Assembly: GCA_947450745.1 (NCBI GenBank)
Contig: CANFYD010000001.1
Location: forward strand, 1-60,151
From: Burkholderiales bacterium
GTDB lineage: Bacteria > Pseudomonadota > Gammaproteobacteria > Burkholderiales > Burkholderiaceae_C
Direction of reading: 5' to 3'
DNA: 60,151 nucleotides
Under the pieces are notes generated by a model that searched no databases, was not told the origin of the DNA, and worked only from the letters and a program-made list of their open reading frames with translations. The position numbers and the translations under genes were made by a program. Shown piece by piece: positions 42,093-53,525 of the stretch (the stretch's first letter is position 1; every line of letters starts with the position of its first letter).

Positions 42093-43648
42093 GTTTCGCT
42101 CACTGTGTTGTCCAGATGTTGAAGAAAGGCGCGCAGCTCGACCGGCTTGAGCGGGTCAAGGCGTTGCACACGCAAGCTCATGCGCCAGCCGCCGGTGGCC
42201 GGGTTGCGCCAGGCCTGGCTTTCCAGCACGCGGCCATTGGCATCGCTGCTGACCACCGCGCGCACCGGGGCGGCGGGGTCCAGGGAATCCAGCGCCGGGC
42301 CGGCAAAGTCGACGGCGTACTGGATCGTCTGAGCCCGTTCTTGGGCGCTGAGCTTGCTGTAGCCGGTGCCACGGCGTGACTGCGTGACCCAGCCATTCGG
42401 GGGCTGCTGCTGGGTCTTGCCCTGCCAAGCCAGCCGGTAGGCAAAATCCAGCGATTGGCCCGCTTGAGGAATCTTGTCGGGTACCCAATAGGCGACCACG
42501 TTGTCGTGGGTTTCGTCCGGCGTCGGCAGTTGCAGCAACTCGACCCGGCCCGGACCCCAATCGCCGATCGGTGTCACCCAGGCGCTGGGGCGCAGTTCGT
42601 AGCGCGCCTCGGTGTCCTCGTAGCTGCCGAAGGCGCGGTCGCGCTGCATCAGGCCAAAGCCTTTCAGGCCCTTCAGCGCAAACGAGGTGGCCAGCGGCGC
42701 GGTGGGGTTTTGCAGCGGACGCCACAGCCACTCGCCGTCGCTGCTGGCCACCATCAGGCCGTCCGAGTCATGCACCTCGGGCCGGAAATCGCCGACCTGG
42801 GGCTGGTTCTCGCCGAACAAGAACATGCTGGTCAGGGGTGCCAGGCCCAGCGTCGCCACCCGCGGCCCGGCGCCGGCCCGCATGAAGATGCGGGCATGCA
42901 CTTCGGTCACGGTCTGCTCGCCGGGCCGGATATCGAAGCGATAGGCGCCGGTCATGCGCGGGGAGTCGAGCAGCGCGTAGACGGTGAGCGGCACGTTTGG
43001 GCCGCTTTGGATGCTGGGCTTTTCAATCCAGAACTCGGTGAAGCGCGGGAATTCCTCTGGCCCCCCACCGGTCACGTCTACCGCCAGCCCGCGGGCCGAC
43101 AGGCCGTAGCGCTGCCCAGCACCGAGGGCGCGAAAGTAGCTGGCGCCCTGAAAGGTGATCAGCTCGTCCTTGTAGGTGGTCGAGTTCAGCGGGCTGTGGA
43201 CGCGAAACCCGGCGTAGCCCAGATCACCCCAAGCCTGCGGATTCAGCCGATTACTTCCGAAAGTGAATTGCTCCGGGCGATAAGGCAGGCGCTTGACGCC
43301 CTGTGGCGACACCTCGTTGACGCGGACCGAATCGCTTTGCCGGCCGACGTGAAAGAACTTCAGCTCGTAAGGCAGCGCGTCGCTGCGCCACAAGGTCTGG
43401 TCTTCCTTGAAACGGATGTCGCGCAAAGCGTCGTAGTCCAGCGCGGCCAGTTCGGGCGGCGCGGCCGGGGCCGGTGGGCGATATGGGGACTGGGCTTGCT
43501 GTTGGGCCAGCCGTGCCACGTCATCAAGGCTCCATGCCTGAGCTTGGGCCGCTGACAGGGCCGCCAGCAGCGTGACCAGCGCCAACGTCGCCAGCAGGCG
43601 GCGAACGGGCCAGGAGGGTCGCTTCAGTGCAGTTGAATAAGGCTTCAT
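42068..43648 (-). CDS. mdoG: Glucan biosynthesis protein OpgG/MdoG
   Basis: FQGASYFRA, GLSARGLA, EEFPRF, RPEVHDSDGL, YELRPSAW. Confidence 0.95.
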   Translation of the reverse strand: MKPYSTALKRPSWPVRRLLATLALVTLLAALSAAQAQAWSLDDVARLAQQQAQSPYRPPAPAAPPELAALDYDALRDIRFKEDQTLWRSDALPYELKFFHVGRQSDSVRVNEVSPQGVKRLPYRPEQFTFGSNRLNPQAWGDLGYAGFRVHSPLNSTTYKDELITFQGASYFRALGAGQRYGLSARGLAVDVTGGGPEEFPRFTEFWIEKPSIQSGPNVPLTVYALLDSPRMTGAYRFDIRPGEQTVTEVHARIFMRAGAGPRVATLGLAPLTSMFLFGENQPQVGDFRPEVHDSDGLMVASSDGEWLWRPLQNPTAPLATSFALKGLKGFGLMQRDRAFGSYEDTEARYELRPSAWVTPIGDWGPGRVELLQLPTPDETHDNVVAYWVPDKIPQAGQSLDFAYRLAWQGKTQQQPPNGWVTQSRRGTGYSKLSAQERAQTIQYAVDFAGPALDSLDPAAPVRAVVSSDANGRVLESQAWRNPATGGWRMSLRVQRLDPLKPVELRAFLQHLDNTVSETWTTIVNP

Positions 43649-43660
43649 GCACTGACTAGG

Positions 43661-43675
43661 GCAAACCCCGTGCCA
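43661..43675 (-). promoter_or_regulatory. Sigma54 -24/-12 promoter of opgGH
   Basis: Minus strand reads TGGCAC-GGGGT-TTGC. Confidence 0.8.
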
Positions 43676-43694
43676 GTCCTGAAAACACTCAACG

Positions 43695-43707
43695 AATCAA
43701 GGCCTTG
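43695..43707 (+). promoter_or_regulatory. IHF site
   Basis: AATCAAGGCCTTG matches WATCAANNNNTTR exactly; lies between the enhancer sites and the promoter. Confidence 0.7.
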
Positions 43708-43780
43708 CGATGAAAATTTGCAGCGGCAGCGGGCCGGCACCGGGCAAACCGGCACCGAAGCGCCGAAAACCCGCTGTTTT

Positions 43781-43798
43781 TGTCGCCTGCCAGCGACA
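43781..43798. promoter_or_regulatory. GlrR/QseF-type activator site 1
   Basis: TGTC-GCCTGCCAGC-GACA (TGTC-N10-GACA). Confidence 0.75.
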
Positions 43799-43819
43799 AG
43801 CCCTCAGCGGCTCAGGCAA

Positions 43820-45222
<1,403 letters not shown>

Positions 45223-45226
<4 letters not shown>

Positions 45227-45861
45227 AAACCGGAGTTCCGAGCCCGGCGAGCCGGTGTGGACAGCGCTGGCGCATCGGCCGGCCGGTTGTTCAAGCTGCG
45301 TTCGATCGCCTTCAGCGCTTCGAGCTGGTCGCGCGTTTGTTCAAACCGGCGCTGCAGCTCCCGCAACTGCTGGTTCTGCCGGTCGAGCAGGTCCTCCACC
45401 CGCCGCTGCTCGACATAGCGCGCCGCCAGCAAGCGGGCCAGCGTCTGCAGCGGCCGAGCGTCCTCGCTGTCGCTGCTCAGCACGCGCTGCAGCCGCTGCT
45501 GCGCGTTGACCAGGTCGTAGAGCTGGTGCGTCTGGCTCAACGCGATGGCCAGCCGCACTTGATCTGCCGCTGCGGCGGGCTCGCCGAGACCGGCAATTTC
45601 CTGCAGCAACTCGGGGCCCTGCAAGCCGCGCACCTGGTCGGCATAGGTCAGCACGGCCGTCACAGCCGCTGCCGCAGCGGCCGCAGGAGCAGGGACAGGA
45701 ACGGGTAGCCGCGCAGGTCTCTGCAAGCTTGCTGGCGGCTCGGCAACAAAGGGTGCGGTCACGCTGCAGCCGGCGCACAGGCCGAGCAGCAGGCCAGCGA
45801 GCCCGGCACGACGCAGCAAGGACGGTCGAGCCGTCAGCGCGGTTTTAAGAAGTGAAAGCAT
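45223..45861 (-). CDS. QseG/YfhG-like alpha-helical lipoprotein
   Basis: Lipobox-like CAGC; C-terminal coiled coil QLEALKAIERSL; lies between the kinase and the regulator. Confidence 0.7.
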
Positions 45862-47296
45862 GGGGGAGTTCGATTCTGAAATGGGCACCGGGGCCATCCG
45901 GCAGTAATTGCACGCTGCCACCATGGGCCGCCATGTATTCGTGGACGATGGACAGGCCGATGCCACTGCCCCGCAAACCCTGCAGCGGCTGCCGCGAGCC
46001 CCGGTAAAAGGGCTCGAACACGCGCGCCTGGTCAGCGGCCGCGATGCCGGGGCCCTCGTCTTGCAGGTCGATGCGCAGCACATCGGCCAGCCGACTCAGG
46101 CGGATGCAAATTTTGCTCCGCTCGGGCGAGAAGCGGATCGCGTTGGAGAGCAGATTGGCGATGACGATGCCCAGCTTGTCACGGTCCACCTCGATCTGTA
46201 GCGCTGCGGCCTCCATGCCCTCCTGCACCTGAACTTGCACTTGCAAGTCACGGGCGCGCCACTGCAGTTGCTGCGCCTCGATCTGCTCATCGATCAGCTC
46301 CCGCAGCTCGGTTTTTTCGCGCTGCAGTTGGCGCGCTTCAAACGCGGCGGCATTGAAGCGCAGCAGGTCTTCGATCTGACTTTGCAGCAAGCCGGTGTTG
46401 TGGCGCAGGATCTTGGCAACTTCGCGCTGGTCATCGCTGAGCTGGCCGGCCACGCCGTCTTCCAGCAGCGACACGCCTTCGCGCAGCGAGGCCAGCGGTG
46501 TCTTCAGCTCATGCGACACATGGCGCAAAAAGCGCGCCTTGTCGGCATCCAGCTCCACCAGCCGCAGGCGCAGCCACTCCAGCCGCTGCCCGACCCGCTG
46601 CAGGTCGGCCGGGCCGTCGATGCTGATGCTGTCGTTCAGGCGGTTTTCACCCAGGCCGACGATGGCTTGCTCCAGCCGCTTTAGCGGCCGGGTCAGCCCG
46701 ATGCCGAACACCAGCGCCAGCAACACGGCCAGCGCGATGGCAGCCCCCACCTGCTGCGCCAACTGCCGGCGCCGCGTCTCCAGCTCGTCCAGCAACTGGC
46801 GGTTGTGCGCGGCAATAGTTTGCTGAACTTGCAGGGCGATGGCGCTGTTCAGTGCATCGATCTCTCGGAACTGCGACGCCACTTGTCGGTCACGCTCCAG
46901 CATGGTGTTCGGCGGACCACTCAGCAGCGCCGTGATGCCCTGCCGCAGGTTTCGCCAGGCCTTGATGCGGGCCATCGGCACACCTTGCGCGAGCAAGCGT
47001 TGCAGCAAGGCATCGGCATCGGTGGCCGTTGCCTCAAAACGCTGCTGCAACAGCGGGTCGGCCAGCACCACCGCTTGGCGCGAACTGCGCTCCATGTCGA
47101 CGCTGCGGTCAGCCAGCGCCTGCGCGGCCGCCGCCAAGTCGAGCGCACCGGACGCGCTGTCCCGGCTTTGCAGCGTCAACTGCTCCAGTGTGAACAGCGC
47201 GCGCAGCGATGCAGCCGCCAGCAGGGCAGCGATCAGCAAGAACGCGGCCACCAGCAACTGCCGGAACGACACCTGCTTCAGCGCGCGCTGCATCAC
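45845..47296 (-). CDS. glrK: Sensor histidine kinase, GlrK/QseE-like
   Basis: FLRHVSHELKTPLASLREG, NLLSNAIRFSP, DEGPGI, GSGIGL; two TM segments plus HAMP. Confidence 0.85.
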   Translation of the reverse strand: MMQRALKQVSFRQLLVAAFLLIAALLAAASLRALFTLEQLTLQSRDSASGALDLAAAAQALADRSVDMERSSRQAVVLADPLLQQRFEATATDADALLQRLLAQGVPMARIKAWRNLRQGITALLSGPPNTMLERDRQVASQFREIDALNSAIALQVQQTIAAHNRQLLDELETRRRQLAQQVGAAIALAVLLALVFGIGLTRPLKRLEQAIVGLGENRLNDSISIDGPADLQRVGQRLEWLRLRLVELDADKARFLRHVSHELKTPLASLREGVSLLEDGVAGQLSDDQREVAKILRHNTGLLQSQIEDLLRFNAAAFEARQLQREKTELRELIDEQIEAQQLQWRARDLQVQVQVQEGMEAAALQIEVDRDKLGIVIANLLSNAIRFSPERSKICIRLSRLADVLRIDLQDEGPGIAAADQARVFEPFYRGSRQPLQGLRGSGIGLSIVHEYMAAHGGSVQLLPDGPGAHFRIELPHAFTS

Positions 47297-47345
47297 GGAA
47301 GCGGAGCTGCTGTTGAGCTGCAGCCCTGAAATGTTTGGCGCCGCT

Positions 47346-49106
47346 TCACCGCTGCGCCAGCACCCAGTCGTCGACCACCTGGCTCAGCACGGCCAGCGGC
47401 ACGTTGCCGGTCTGCAGCACCAAGGTATGAAACTGCCCCACTTTGAACTTCGGCCCCAGCGCCTGCTGCGCGCGGCTGCGCAAGTCCAGGATGTGCAGCA
47501 TGCCGATCTTGTAGGCGCAGGCCTGGCCCGGCATCACCACATAGCGCTCCACTTCGGCCACCGGAATACCGTAATCGATGGCTTGTTGGCGCGTCCACTG
47601 CATCGCATGCAGGCCGGTATCGACCACCAGCCGCTTGGCGCGGAACAGTTCGGCGTCGAGCTGCCCCAGGCGGCCGGGAATATCACCCTCGTACCAACCG
47701 TTCTCGGCCGCCAGCTGCTCGGCGTAGAGCGCCCAGCCTTCTGAAAAAGCCGAGCCACCGGCAAACACCGCGTCGCGGCGGTAGCGCGGCAGGCCCTCGT
47801 TTTCCTGCTGCAGCGCAATCTGGAAATGGTGGCCGGGCACGCCTTCGTGATAGGTCAGCGTGCGCATATTCGTCATCCGGTACGGCGAGCCGGGCAGCGG
47901 AGCCCAGAAGATGCCGGGCAGGCTGCCGTCCTTGGCCGGGCCGGAATAATGGGCGGCCGCCGTTTTCTCGGTGAACAGCGGCTCGCGCTGCACCACCACC
48001 GGCGCTTTCGGCGTGATGTCGAACAGCAGGCGCGAGCGCTTCTCGGCGTCGCGCAGGATCTGCTCGTAGCGCGCCAGCAAGGCGGCGCGCGGCTCGGCCT
48101 CTTTGGGTTGCAAATCCGCGTCGAGCTTGAGCATGCGCTGCTTGACACTGCCGTCCAGGTAGCCCAGTTGCTTCAGCAGGCCATCCATCTCGCCCTCGAT
48201 GCGCGCCACTTCACGCAGACCGATCGCATGGATCTGCTGCGGCGTGTAGTCGGTGGTGGTGTTGCGGCGCAGCTCATAGGCATAGGCCTTGTCGCCGCCC
48301 TTCAAGCGCCACAGGCCGGCGTCCTCGGTGTTGCGCGGCAGTTGAGCTTGCAGCATCACTTGGACGCGGCGAAAGGCCGGGATGATGGCCTCGGCGGTGA
48401 TTTTTTCGGCCTCAAGCAGCGCTGTAGCGCGCGCCTCCGCACTGATCTCGTTGGCCGTGCCGTTCAGCTTGTTCAAGCGCTGCTGCAGCGACAGCACCAG
48501 CACATTGCGCGCCGGCGGCTCGGCCAGAAAGCGCTCGAACTGCCCCAGCGAAGCCTGCGTGATGAAGCGCGGCATCAAAAAGCCGCGTGTCGCCGCGTCC
48601 TGGGCGCGCGCGATGCCGTTGTCCATCTGAGCGGCCACTTGCTGCAGCCGGGCCAGGTAATTGGCCAGATCGCCGGCATTGCGGATCGGATGCGTCTGGC
48701 TGAGGAAGTTGACCAGGCTGACGTGCAAGCCACGGAACTGGTTGAAGACAAAGTCGAAGTCCTCGAACGGCTCGGCTTCCGCCGTGCTGCGCAGCGACCA
48801 CTCGACCACCGCCGCCGAGGTGCGCTGCTGCGCGCTCAATTGGCTGCGGTCAAAGGCACCCAGCTCTTGCAAGCCCGACTTGGCAGCCGCGATGCGGGCA
48901 GCGCGCTGCTGCGGCGTGTTCGGGGTCAGCTTGGCATCCAGCAGTTGCTGCTCGGCGGCAGGCAGGTACTGGCGATAAGTCGCCAACGTCGGCTCGGCGC
49001 GCATCCGCTGCAGCGCCAGCCCTTCGGCCCATTGATCAAAATCCGCAGCCGCCAGCAGCGGGGTGGCGACGGCAAAGCCAAGCAAAGTCAAAACAAGTCG
49101 TTTCAT
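47346..49106 (-). CDS. DUF885 family secreted protein (metallopeptidase-like)
   Basis: YHEGVPGHHFQ, FSEGWALYAE, RLVVDTGLH, PGQACAYKIG; signal peptide. Confidence 0.9.
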   Translation of the reverse strand: MKRLVLTLLGFAVATPLLAAADFDQWAEGLALQRMRAEPTLATYRQYLPAAEQQLLDAKLTPNTPQQRAARIAAAKSGLQELGAFDRSQLSAQQRTSAAVVEWSLRSTAEAEPFEDFDFVFNQFRGLHVSLVNFLSQTHPIRNAGDLANYLARLQQVAAQMDNGIARAQDAATRGFLMPRFITQASLGQFERFLAEPPARNVLVLSLQQRLNKLNGTANEISAEARATALLEAEKITAEAIIPAFRRVQVMLQAQLPRNTEDAGLWRLKGGDKAYAYELRRNTTTDYTPQQIHAIGLREVARIEGEMDGLLKQLGYLDGSVKQRMLKLDADLQPKEAEPRAALLARYEQILRDAEKRSRLLFDITPKAPVVVQREPLFTEKTAAAHYSGPAKDGSLPGIFWAPLPGSPYRMTNMRTLTYHEGVPGHHFQIALQQENEGLPRYRRDAVFAGGSAFSEGWALYAEQLAAENGWYEGDIPGRLGQLDAELFRAKRLVVDTGLHAMQWTRQQAIDYGIPVAEVERYVVMPGQACAYKIGMLHILDLRSRAQQALGPKFKVGQFHTLVLQTGNVPLAVLSQVVDDWVLAQR

Positions 49107-49207
49107 CGGGGGGAGCCTCGTGGTGGTACCCCAAGTCTGACAGGCTCCCGACAAGCCCCGCGCCGATTGGCGTACGGCGGCAGTTCGGTGCACGCCGCCA
49201 GGCCCAT

Positions 49208-49230
49208 CGCGGGTCTCGACCCGCCCTACG
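49208..49230. repeat. GTAG-type REP copy
   Basis: CGCGGGTCTCGACCCGCCCTACG. Confidence 0.8.
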
Positions 49231-49240
49231 TGACTGAAAC

Positions 49241-49265
49241 GAAAAATCCCGCTGCAGCGGGATTC
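49241..49265 (-). terminator. Terminator of the PEP-CTERM gene
   Basis: AATCCCGCT/AGCGGGATT stem with an A tract on the + strand. Confidence 0.65.
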
Positions 49266-49303
49266 AGGGCTCGACGGGTGAGGACCGGCCTCACCCGGTT
49301 GGT

Positions 49304-49999
49304 TCAGCTCTTGCGGCGGCGCATCACCACGGCCATGCCCATCAAGGACATCGCCATCAGCGCCCAGGTGCTGGGTTCCGGCACGGCGCTGGTGACCGAG
49401 AAGTTGCTGATGGTGACTTGGTCGGTGCTGTTAAAAGCGCTCAGGTTGGCATTGCGAAAGCCCAAATAAGACACCGAGCTGATACCGGTGTTGCCGCTGG
49501 CCGAGACATCGGCTGCGGTGCTCAGCAGGTCAAGGCTGGACAGGGTCGAGCCGATCCAGAGATCGAGGCGGTCGTAGTTGGTGGACGAACCGGTCTTGTA
49601 CAGATGGGCGAACAAATTGACGCTGGAGCCGTTGGCGACCTGGAACGACGGCGTGGTGTCGAACACACCGCCGGTGCCCGAAGTGCGCGCGAAGTAGTCG
49701 GAGCCGGGTGAGCTGCTTGGACCGGAATTGGCTTTCAAGCCAAAATTAGCGCGGTTCGTGTGATCGCCGGTAGCAACGTTGTCAAACCACAGCGCCGCAA
49801 AATCGTTGCTGCTGACGGTGCCCGTGAAGCCGAGGTCGAAGCGGACATACAGATCGCCGGTCGCGGCGGTGGCCAGCGCGGTGACTCCTGCGTTGTTGTT
49901 GTCTGCGCTGCCCAGCAGCACCAGCGGGGCGGCCGACAGGCTGCCGCTCAAGACCAGGGCCGTCATGCCAAGCAATTTCTGAAATTTTGAAGTTTTCAT
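49304..49999 (-). CDS. PEP-CTERM sorting domain protein
   Basis: Signal peptide; VPEPSTWALM, TM segment, RRRKS. Confidence 0.92.
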   Translation of the reverse strand: MKTSKFQKLLGMTALVLSGSLSAAPLVLLGSADNNNAGVTALATAATGDLYVRFDLGFTGTVSSNDFAALWFDNVATGDHTNRANFGLKANSGPSSSPGSDYFARTSGTGGVFDTTPSFQVANGSSVNLFAHLYKTGSSTNYDRLDLWIGSTLSSLDLLSTAADVSASGNTGISSVSYLGFRNANLSAFNSTDQVTISNFSVTSAVPEPSTWALMAMSLMGMAVVMRRRKS

Positions 50000-50238
50000 T
50001 TCATGTCCTTTTGCCGCTTGCACAGCGTCTGAATACCGTTTTGCGCTTCAGCAAATTTTTTGTTGCTAACTCGTGAAGTCAATGTAGCCAGATGCCCAGT
50101 CCAGGCCCACACCCGACTCGGGGGGCGTGTGCGCTGACGCAGTTGCCTTGCGCACAAATCATGCGCAGATCACTCAGAACAGCGCACCAACCGCACAAGC
50201 ACACCAGCAGACATCCACACAACAGCGCAGCGCAGCGC

Positions 50239-51180
50239 TCAGGCCACTTGGCCGCCCAGCAGTTCCTGCAAATGCTCCTGCAAATACGCGTGTAAAAACT
50301 CCACCGCCACGCGCACCTTGGCGGAGTTGCCGAGTCGGGACGGGTAGACGGCCCAGACATTGGCCTCCAGCGCGTAGTCCGGCAGCACCCGCAGCAACTG
50401 CCCGCTGGCCAGCAGCGGGGCGACGTTCCAGATCGAGCGCAGCAAGATGCCGCGCCCGTCCAGCGCCCATTGCACCGCTATTTCGCCGTGGTTGGTGGAC
50501 AGCGGGCCGGTCACCTTGACGCTGTGCTGCTCCTGCCCCCGGCGCAACAGCCAGACGCCGAACGGCTGGTCGCGCTCCTTGATCACCAGGCAGTCGTGCT
50601 GGGCCAGTTCGGTGAAGCTGCGCGGCGTGCCGCGCGCGGCCAAGTAGCTGGGCGCGGCGCAGAGGATGCGGTGGTTGTCGGCCAAGCGGCGCGCGATCAG
50701 GTGCGGGGCGATCTCGTCGCCGACGCGGATGTCCAGATCAAAGCCCTCGCTGGCCACATCGACCAGCCGGTCGAACAGCTCCAGCCGCACCTGCAGCGCC
50801 GGGTAGGTCAGCTGCAACTGCGAGATGGCCGAGGCCAGCACCTGACGACCAAAGCCGAAGCTGGAACAAATGCGCAGGCTGCCGCGCGGCACGCTGCGGG
50901 TGATGCTGACGGCCTGCATCAGGTGGTCGATGTCGTCGAGTATCGTCAGCGCCCACTGGTAGACCCGCTCGCCGTCTTCCGTCACCGCCACGCGGCGGGT
51001 ACTGCGGTGCAGCAACCGGGTGTCCAACACCTGCTCCAACACGCGCAGGCGCTTGCTCACATAGGCCGGCGACACGCCCAACTCCTCGGCCGCGCCGGCA
51101 AAGCTGGCGCGCCGGGCCACCACGGTGAAAACGCGCAGGTCTTCGTTGGCGGGCGTTTGATGGAGCCGAGGATTGATCAC
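50239..51180 (-). CDS. LysR regulator, DmlR-like
   Basis: LysR HTH; divergent from the tartrate dehydrogenase gene. Confidence 0.88.
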   Translation of the reverse strand: MINPRLHQTPANEDLRVFTVVARRASFAGAAEELGVSPAYVSKRLRVLEQVLDTRLLHRSTRRVAVTEDGERVYQWALTILDDIDHLMQAVSITRSVPRGSLRICSSFGFGRQVLASAISQLQLTYPALQVRLELFDRLVDVASEGFDLDIRVGDEIAPHLIARRLADNHRILCAAPSYLAARGTPRSFTELAQHDCLVIKERDQPFGVWLLRRGQEQHSVKVTGPLSTNHGEIAVQWALDGRGILLRSIWNVAPLLASGQLLRVLPDYALEANVWAVYPSRLGNSAKVRVAVEFLHAYLQEHLQELLGGQVA

Positions 51181-51277
51181 GATGCGTGCACAGTGGCTTA
51201 ACCAAACCCAGTATTGTAGTTTTTACGTGTGCAAAGCAAGATGCAGCATCCTCAATCAGCCCAGCCTCCTGTCCGCC

Positions 51278-52396
51278 ATGTCGAATCCTTCCAACGCTCC
51301 CACCTCGTCCCTGACCCACAAGATCGCCGTGATTCCCGGCGACGGCATCGGCAAGGAGGTGATGCCCGAAGGCTTGCGCGTCCTCGAAGCGGCGGCCGCG
51401 CGCTTCGGCATCAAGCTGGAGCTGACACCGATCACCTGGGCCAGTTGCGAGCATTACCAAGCCACCGGGCAAATGATGCCGGACGACTGGAAGGCGCAAT
51501 TGCAGGGCATGGACGCCATCCTGTTCGGCGCGGTGGGCATGCCGGCACTGGTGCCCGACCATGTGTCGCTGTGGGGTTCGCTGCTGAAGTTCCGGCGCGA
51601 ATTCGACCAATATATCAATCTGCGCCCGGTACGCCTGTTTGACGGCGTGCCCTGCCCGCTGGCCGGACGCAAGGCCGGCGACATCGACTTCTTCGTCGTG
51701 CGCGAAAACACCGAGGGCGAGTACACCAACCTGGGCGGCAAGATCTTTGAAGGCACGGCGCGCGAAATCGTCATCCAGGAATCGGTCTTTTCGCGCCACG
51801 GCACCGACCGGGTGCTGAAGTACGCTTTCGAGCTGGCGCAGTCGCGGCCGCGCCATCACCTGACGGTGGCAACCAAGAGCAACGGCATTGCCATCAGCAT
51901 GCCCTGGTGGGACGGCCGCGCCGACGCGATGGCCGAGGGCTACCCCGACATCACCGTCGACAAGCAGCACATCGACATCCTCTGTGCCCGCTTCGTGCTG
52001 CAACCGACCCGCTTCGACGTGGTGGTGGCCAGCAATTTGTTCGGCGACATCCTCAGCGACCTCGGCCCCGCCTGCACCGGCACCATCGGCCTGGCACCGT
52101 CGGCCAACCTGAACCCGGAGCGGCTGTTCCCCTCGCTGTTCGAGCCGGTGCACGGCTCGGCCCCGGACATCTACGGCCAGAACATTGCCAACCCGGTCGC
52201 GATGATCTGGTCCGCCGCTCTGATGCTCGATCACCTGACCCACGGCCAAGGCGCCGGCCGTGCCGCCCACGACGCCATCGTCCAGGCCATCGAAACAGTG
52301 CTGCGGGACGGCCCGCACACCCGCGACCTGGGCGGCAGCGCCGACACCACCGCGATGGGCCAAGCCATCGCCGCGCTGGTCAGCGCGGGCGTTTGA
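51278..52396 (+). CDS. Tartrate dehydrogenase / D-malate dehydrogenase (decarboxylating)
   Basis: IPGDGIGKEV, RENTEGEY, SNLFGDILSD, FEPVHGSAPDI. Confidence 0.92.
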   Translation: MSNPSNAPTSSLTHKIAVIPGDGIGKEVMPEGLRVLEAAAARFGIKLELTPITWASCEHYQATGQMMPDDWKAQLQGMDAILFGAVGMPALVPDHVSLWGSLLKFRREFDQYINLRPVRLFDGVPCPLAGRKAGDIDFFVVRENTEGEYTNLGGKIFEGTAREIVIQESVFSRHGTDRVLKYAFELAQSRPRHHLTVATKSNGIAISMPWWDGRADAMAEGYPDITVDKQHIDILCARFVLQPTRFDVVVASNLFGDILSDLGPACTGTIGLAPSANLNPERLFPSLFEPVHGSAPDIYGQNIANPVAMIWSAALMLDHLTHGQGAGRAAHDAIVQAIETVLRDGPHTRDLGGSADTTAMGQAIAALVSAGV

Positions 52397-52478
52397 ACCC
52401 CGACCGCTCCGCTCTCTCTTCACCGCACTGACACCTTCACCACCCGCAACAGCGCCAGACAGGCGCGAGGACCGAGAC

Positions 52479-53480
52479 ATGACTGACCACAAGCCCACCT
52501 CCCTGAAACGCCGCCAACTGCTGCTCGGCAGCGCGGCCGCCGTCGGCCTCGGCCTGCCGTTCGGCCGAGCGATGGCGCAGGGCTACCCCGAGCGGCCGAT
52601 CAGCTTCATTTGCCCCTGGCCGGCCGGCGGCACGGCGGACCTGACGATGCGCTCGCTGTGCATGGCGGCCGGCCGCGCGCTGGGCCAGACGGTGGTGCTG
52701 GAAAACAAGGCCGGTGCGTCCGGCATGCTGGGCCTGCGCAGCATGGCCATGGCCAAGCCCGACGGTTACACGATCGGGCAGATTCCGGTCTCGGTGGCGC
52801 GCTTCTCGCAACTGGGCAGCGTGCCGATCGACCCGCTGAAGGACCTGAGCTATATCGCCCGTGTCTCGGGCCAGACCTTCGGCATCGTGGCCCAGACCAG
52901 CGCGCCCTGGAAAGACCTGAAGGACCTGGTGGCCTATGCCAAGGCCAACCCCGGCCGCGTCACTTACGGCAGCGCCGGTATTGCCGGCGCCACCCATGTC
53001 GGCATGGAGGAATTCGCCCACGCGGCCGGCATCGAGCTGCTGCACATTCCCTACCGGGGCGGCGCGCCGGCCTTGCAGGCGGTGTTGAGCGGCGAGGTCA
53101 ATCTGCTGATCGACTCCAGCAGCTGGACGACGCAGGTGCAGGCCGGCAAGCTGCGCCTGCTCGGCACACTGGGAGACAAGCGCACGACCGACTTCAAGGA
53201 CGTGCCGACGCTGAGGGAGCAGGGCTTCAACGTCGTCGTCGATGCGCCCAACGGCATCGGCGGCCCCAAGGGCATGGACCCGGCAGTGCTGGCGACGTTG
53301 CGCGCGGCCTTCAAGGTCGCGGCCAGCAGCCCGGAGTTCAGCTCGGCCTGCGGCAAGATCGACGCGCCGCTGATGTATCTGGACGGCCCGGACTACGAGA
53401 AATACATGGCCCAGACGATGCAAAAGGAAAAGCTGCTGATCGAACGCCTGAAGCTGCGCGAGCTGCTTGCCAAAGGTTGA
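52479..53480 (+). CDS. Bug/TctC substrate-binding protein
   Basis: Tat-like KRRQLL; PWPAGGTAD, ENKAGASG, HIPYRGG. Confidence 0.9.
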   Translation: MTDHKPTSLKRRQLLLGSAAAVGLGLPFGRAMAQGYPERPISFICPWPAGGTADLTMRSLCMAAGRALGQTVVLENKAGASGMLGLRSMAMAKPDGYTIGQIPVSVARFSQLGSVPIDPLKDLSYIARVSGQTFGIVAQTSAPWKDLKDLVAYAKANPGRVTYGSAGIAGATHVGMEEFAHAAGIELLHIPYRGGAPALQAVLSGEVNLLIDSSSWTTQVQAGKLRLLGTLGDKRTTDFKDVPTLREQGFNVVVDAPNGIGGPKGMDPAVLATLRAAFKVAASSPEFSSACGKIDAPLMYLDGPDYEKYMAQTMQKEKLLIERLKLRELLAKG

Positions 53481-53525
53481 GCGATCGAACCTGAAACTTG
53501 GCCTGAAATTTGAACGGAATGCTGC

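Noticed and set aside
50040-50080. Sigma54/PrsR promoter for the PEP-CTERM gene
   Set aside because: TTGC is present but there is no correctly spaced GG at -24
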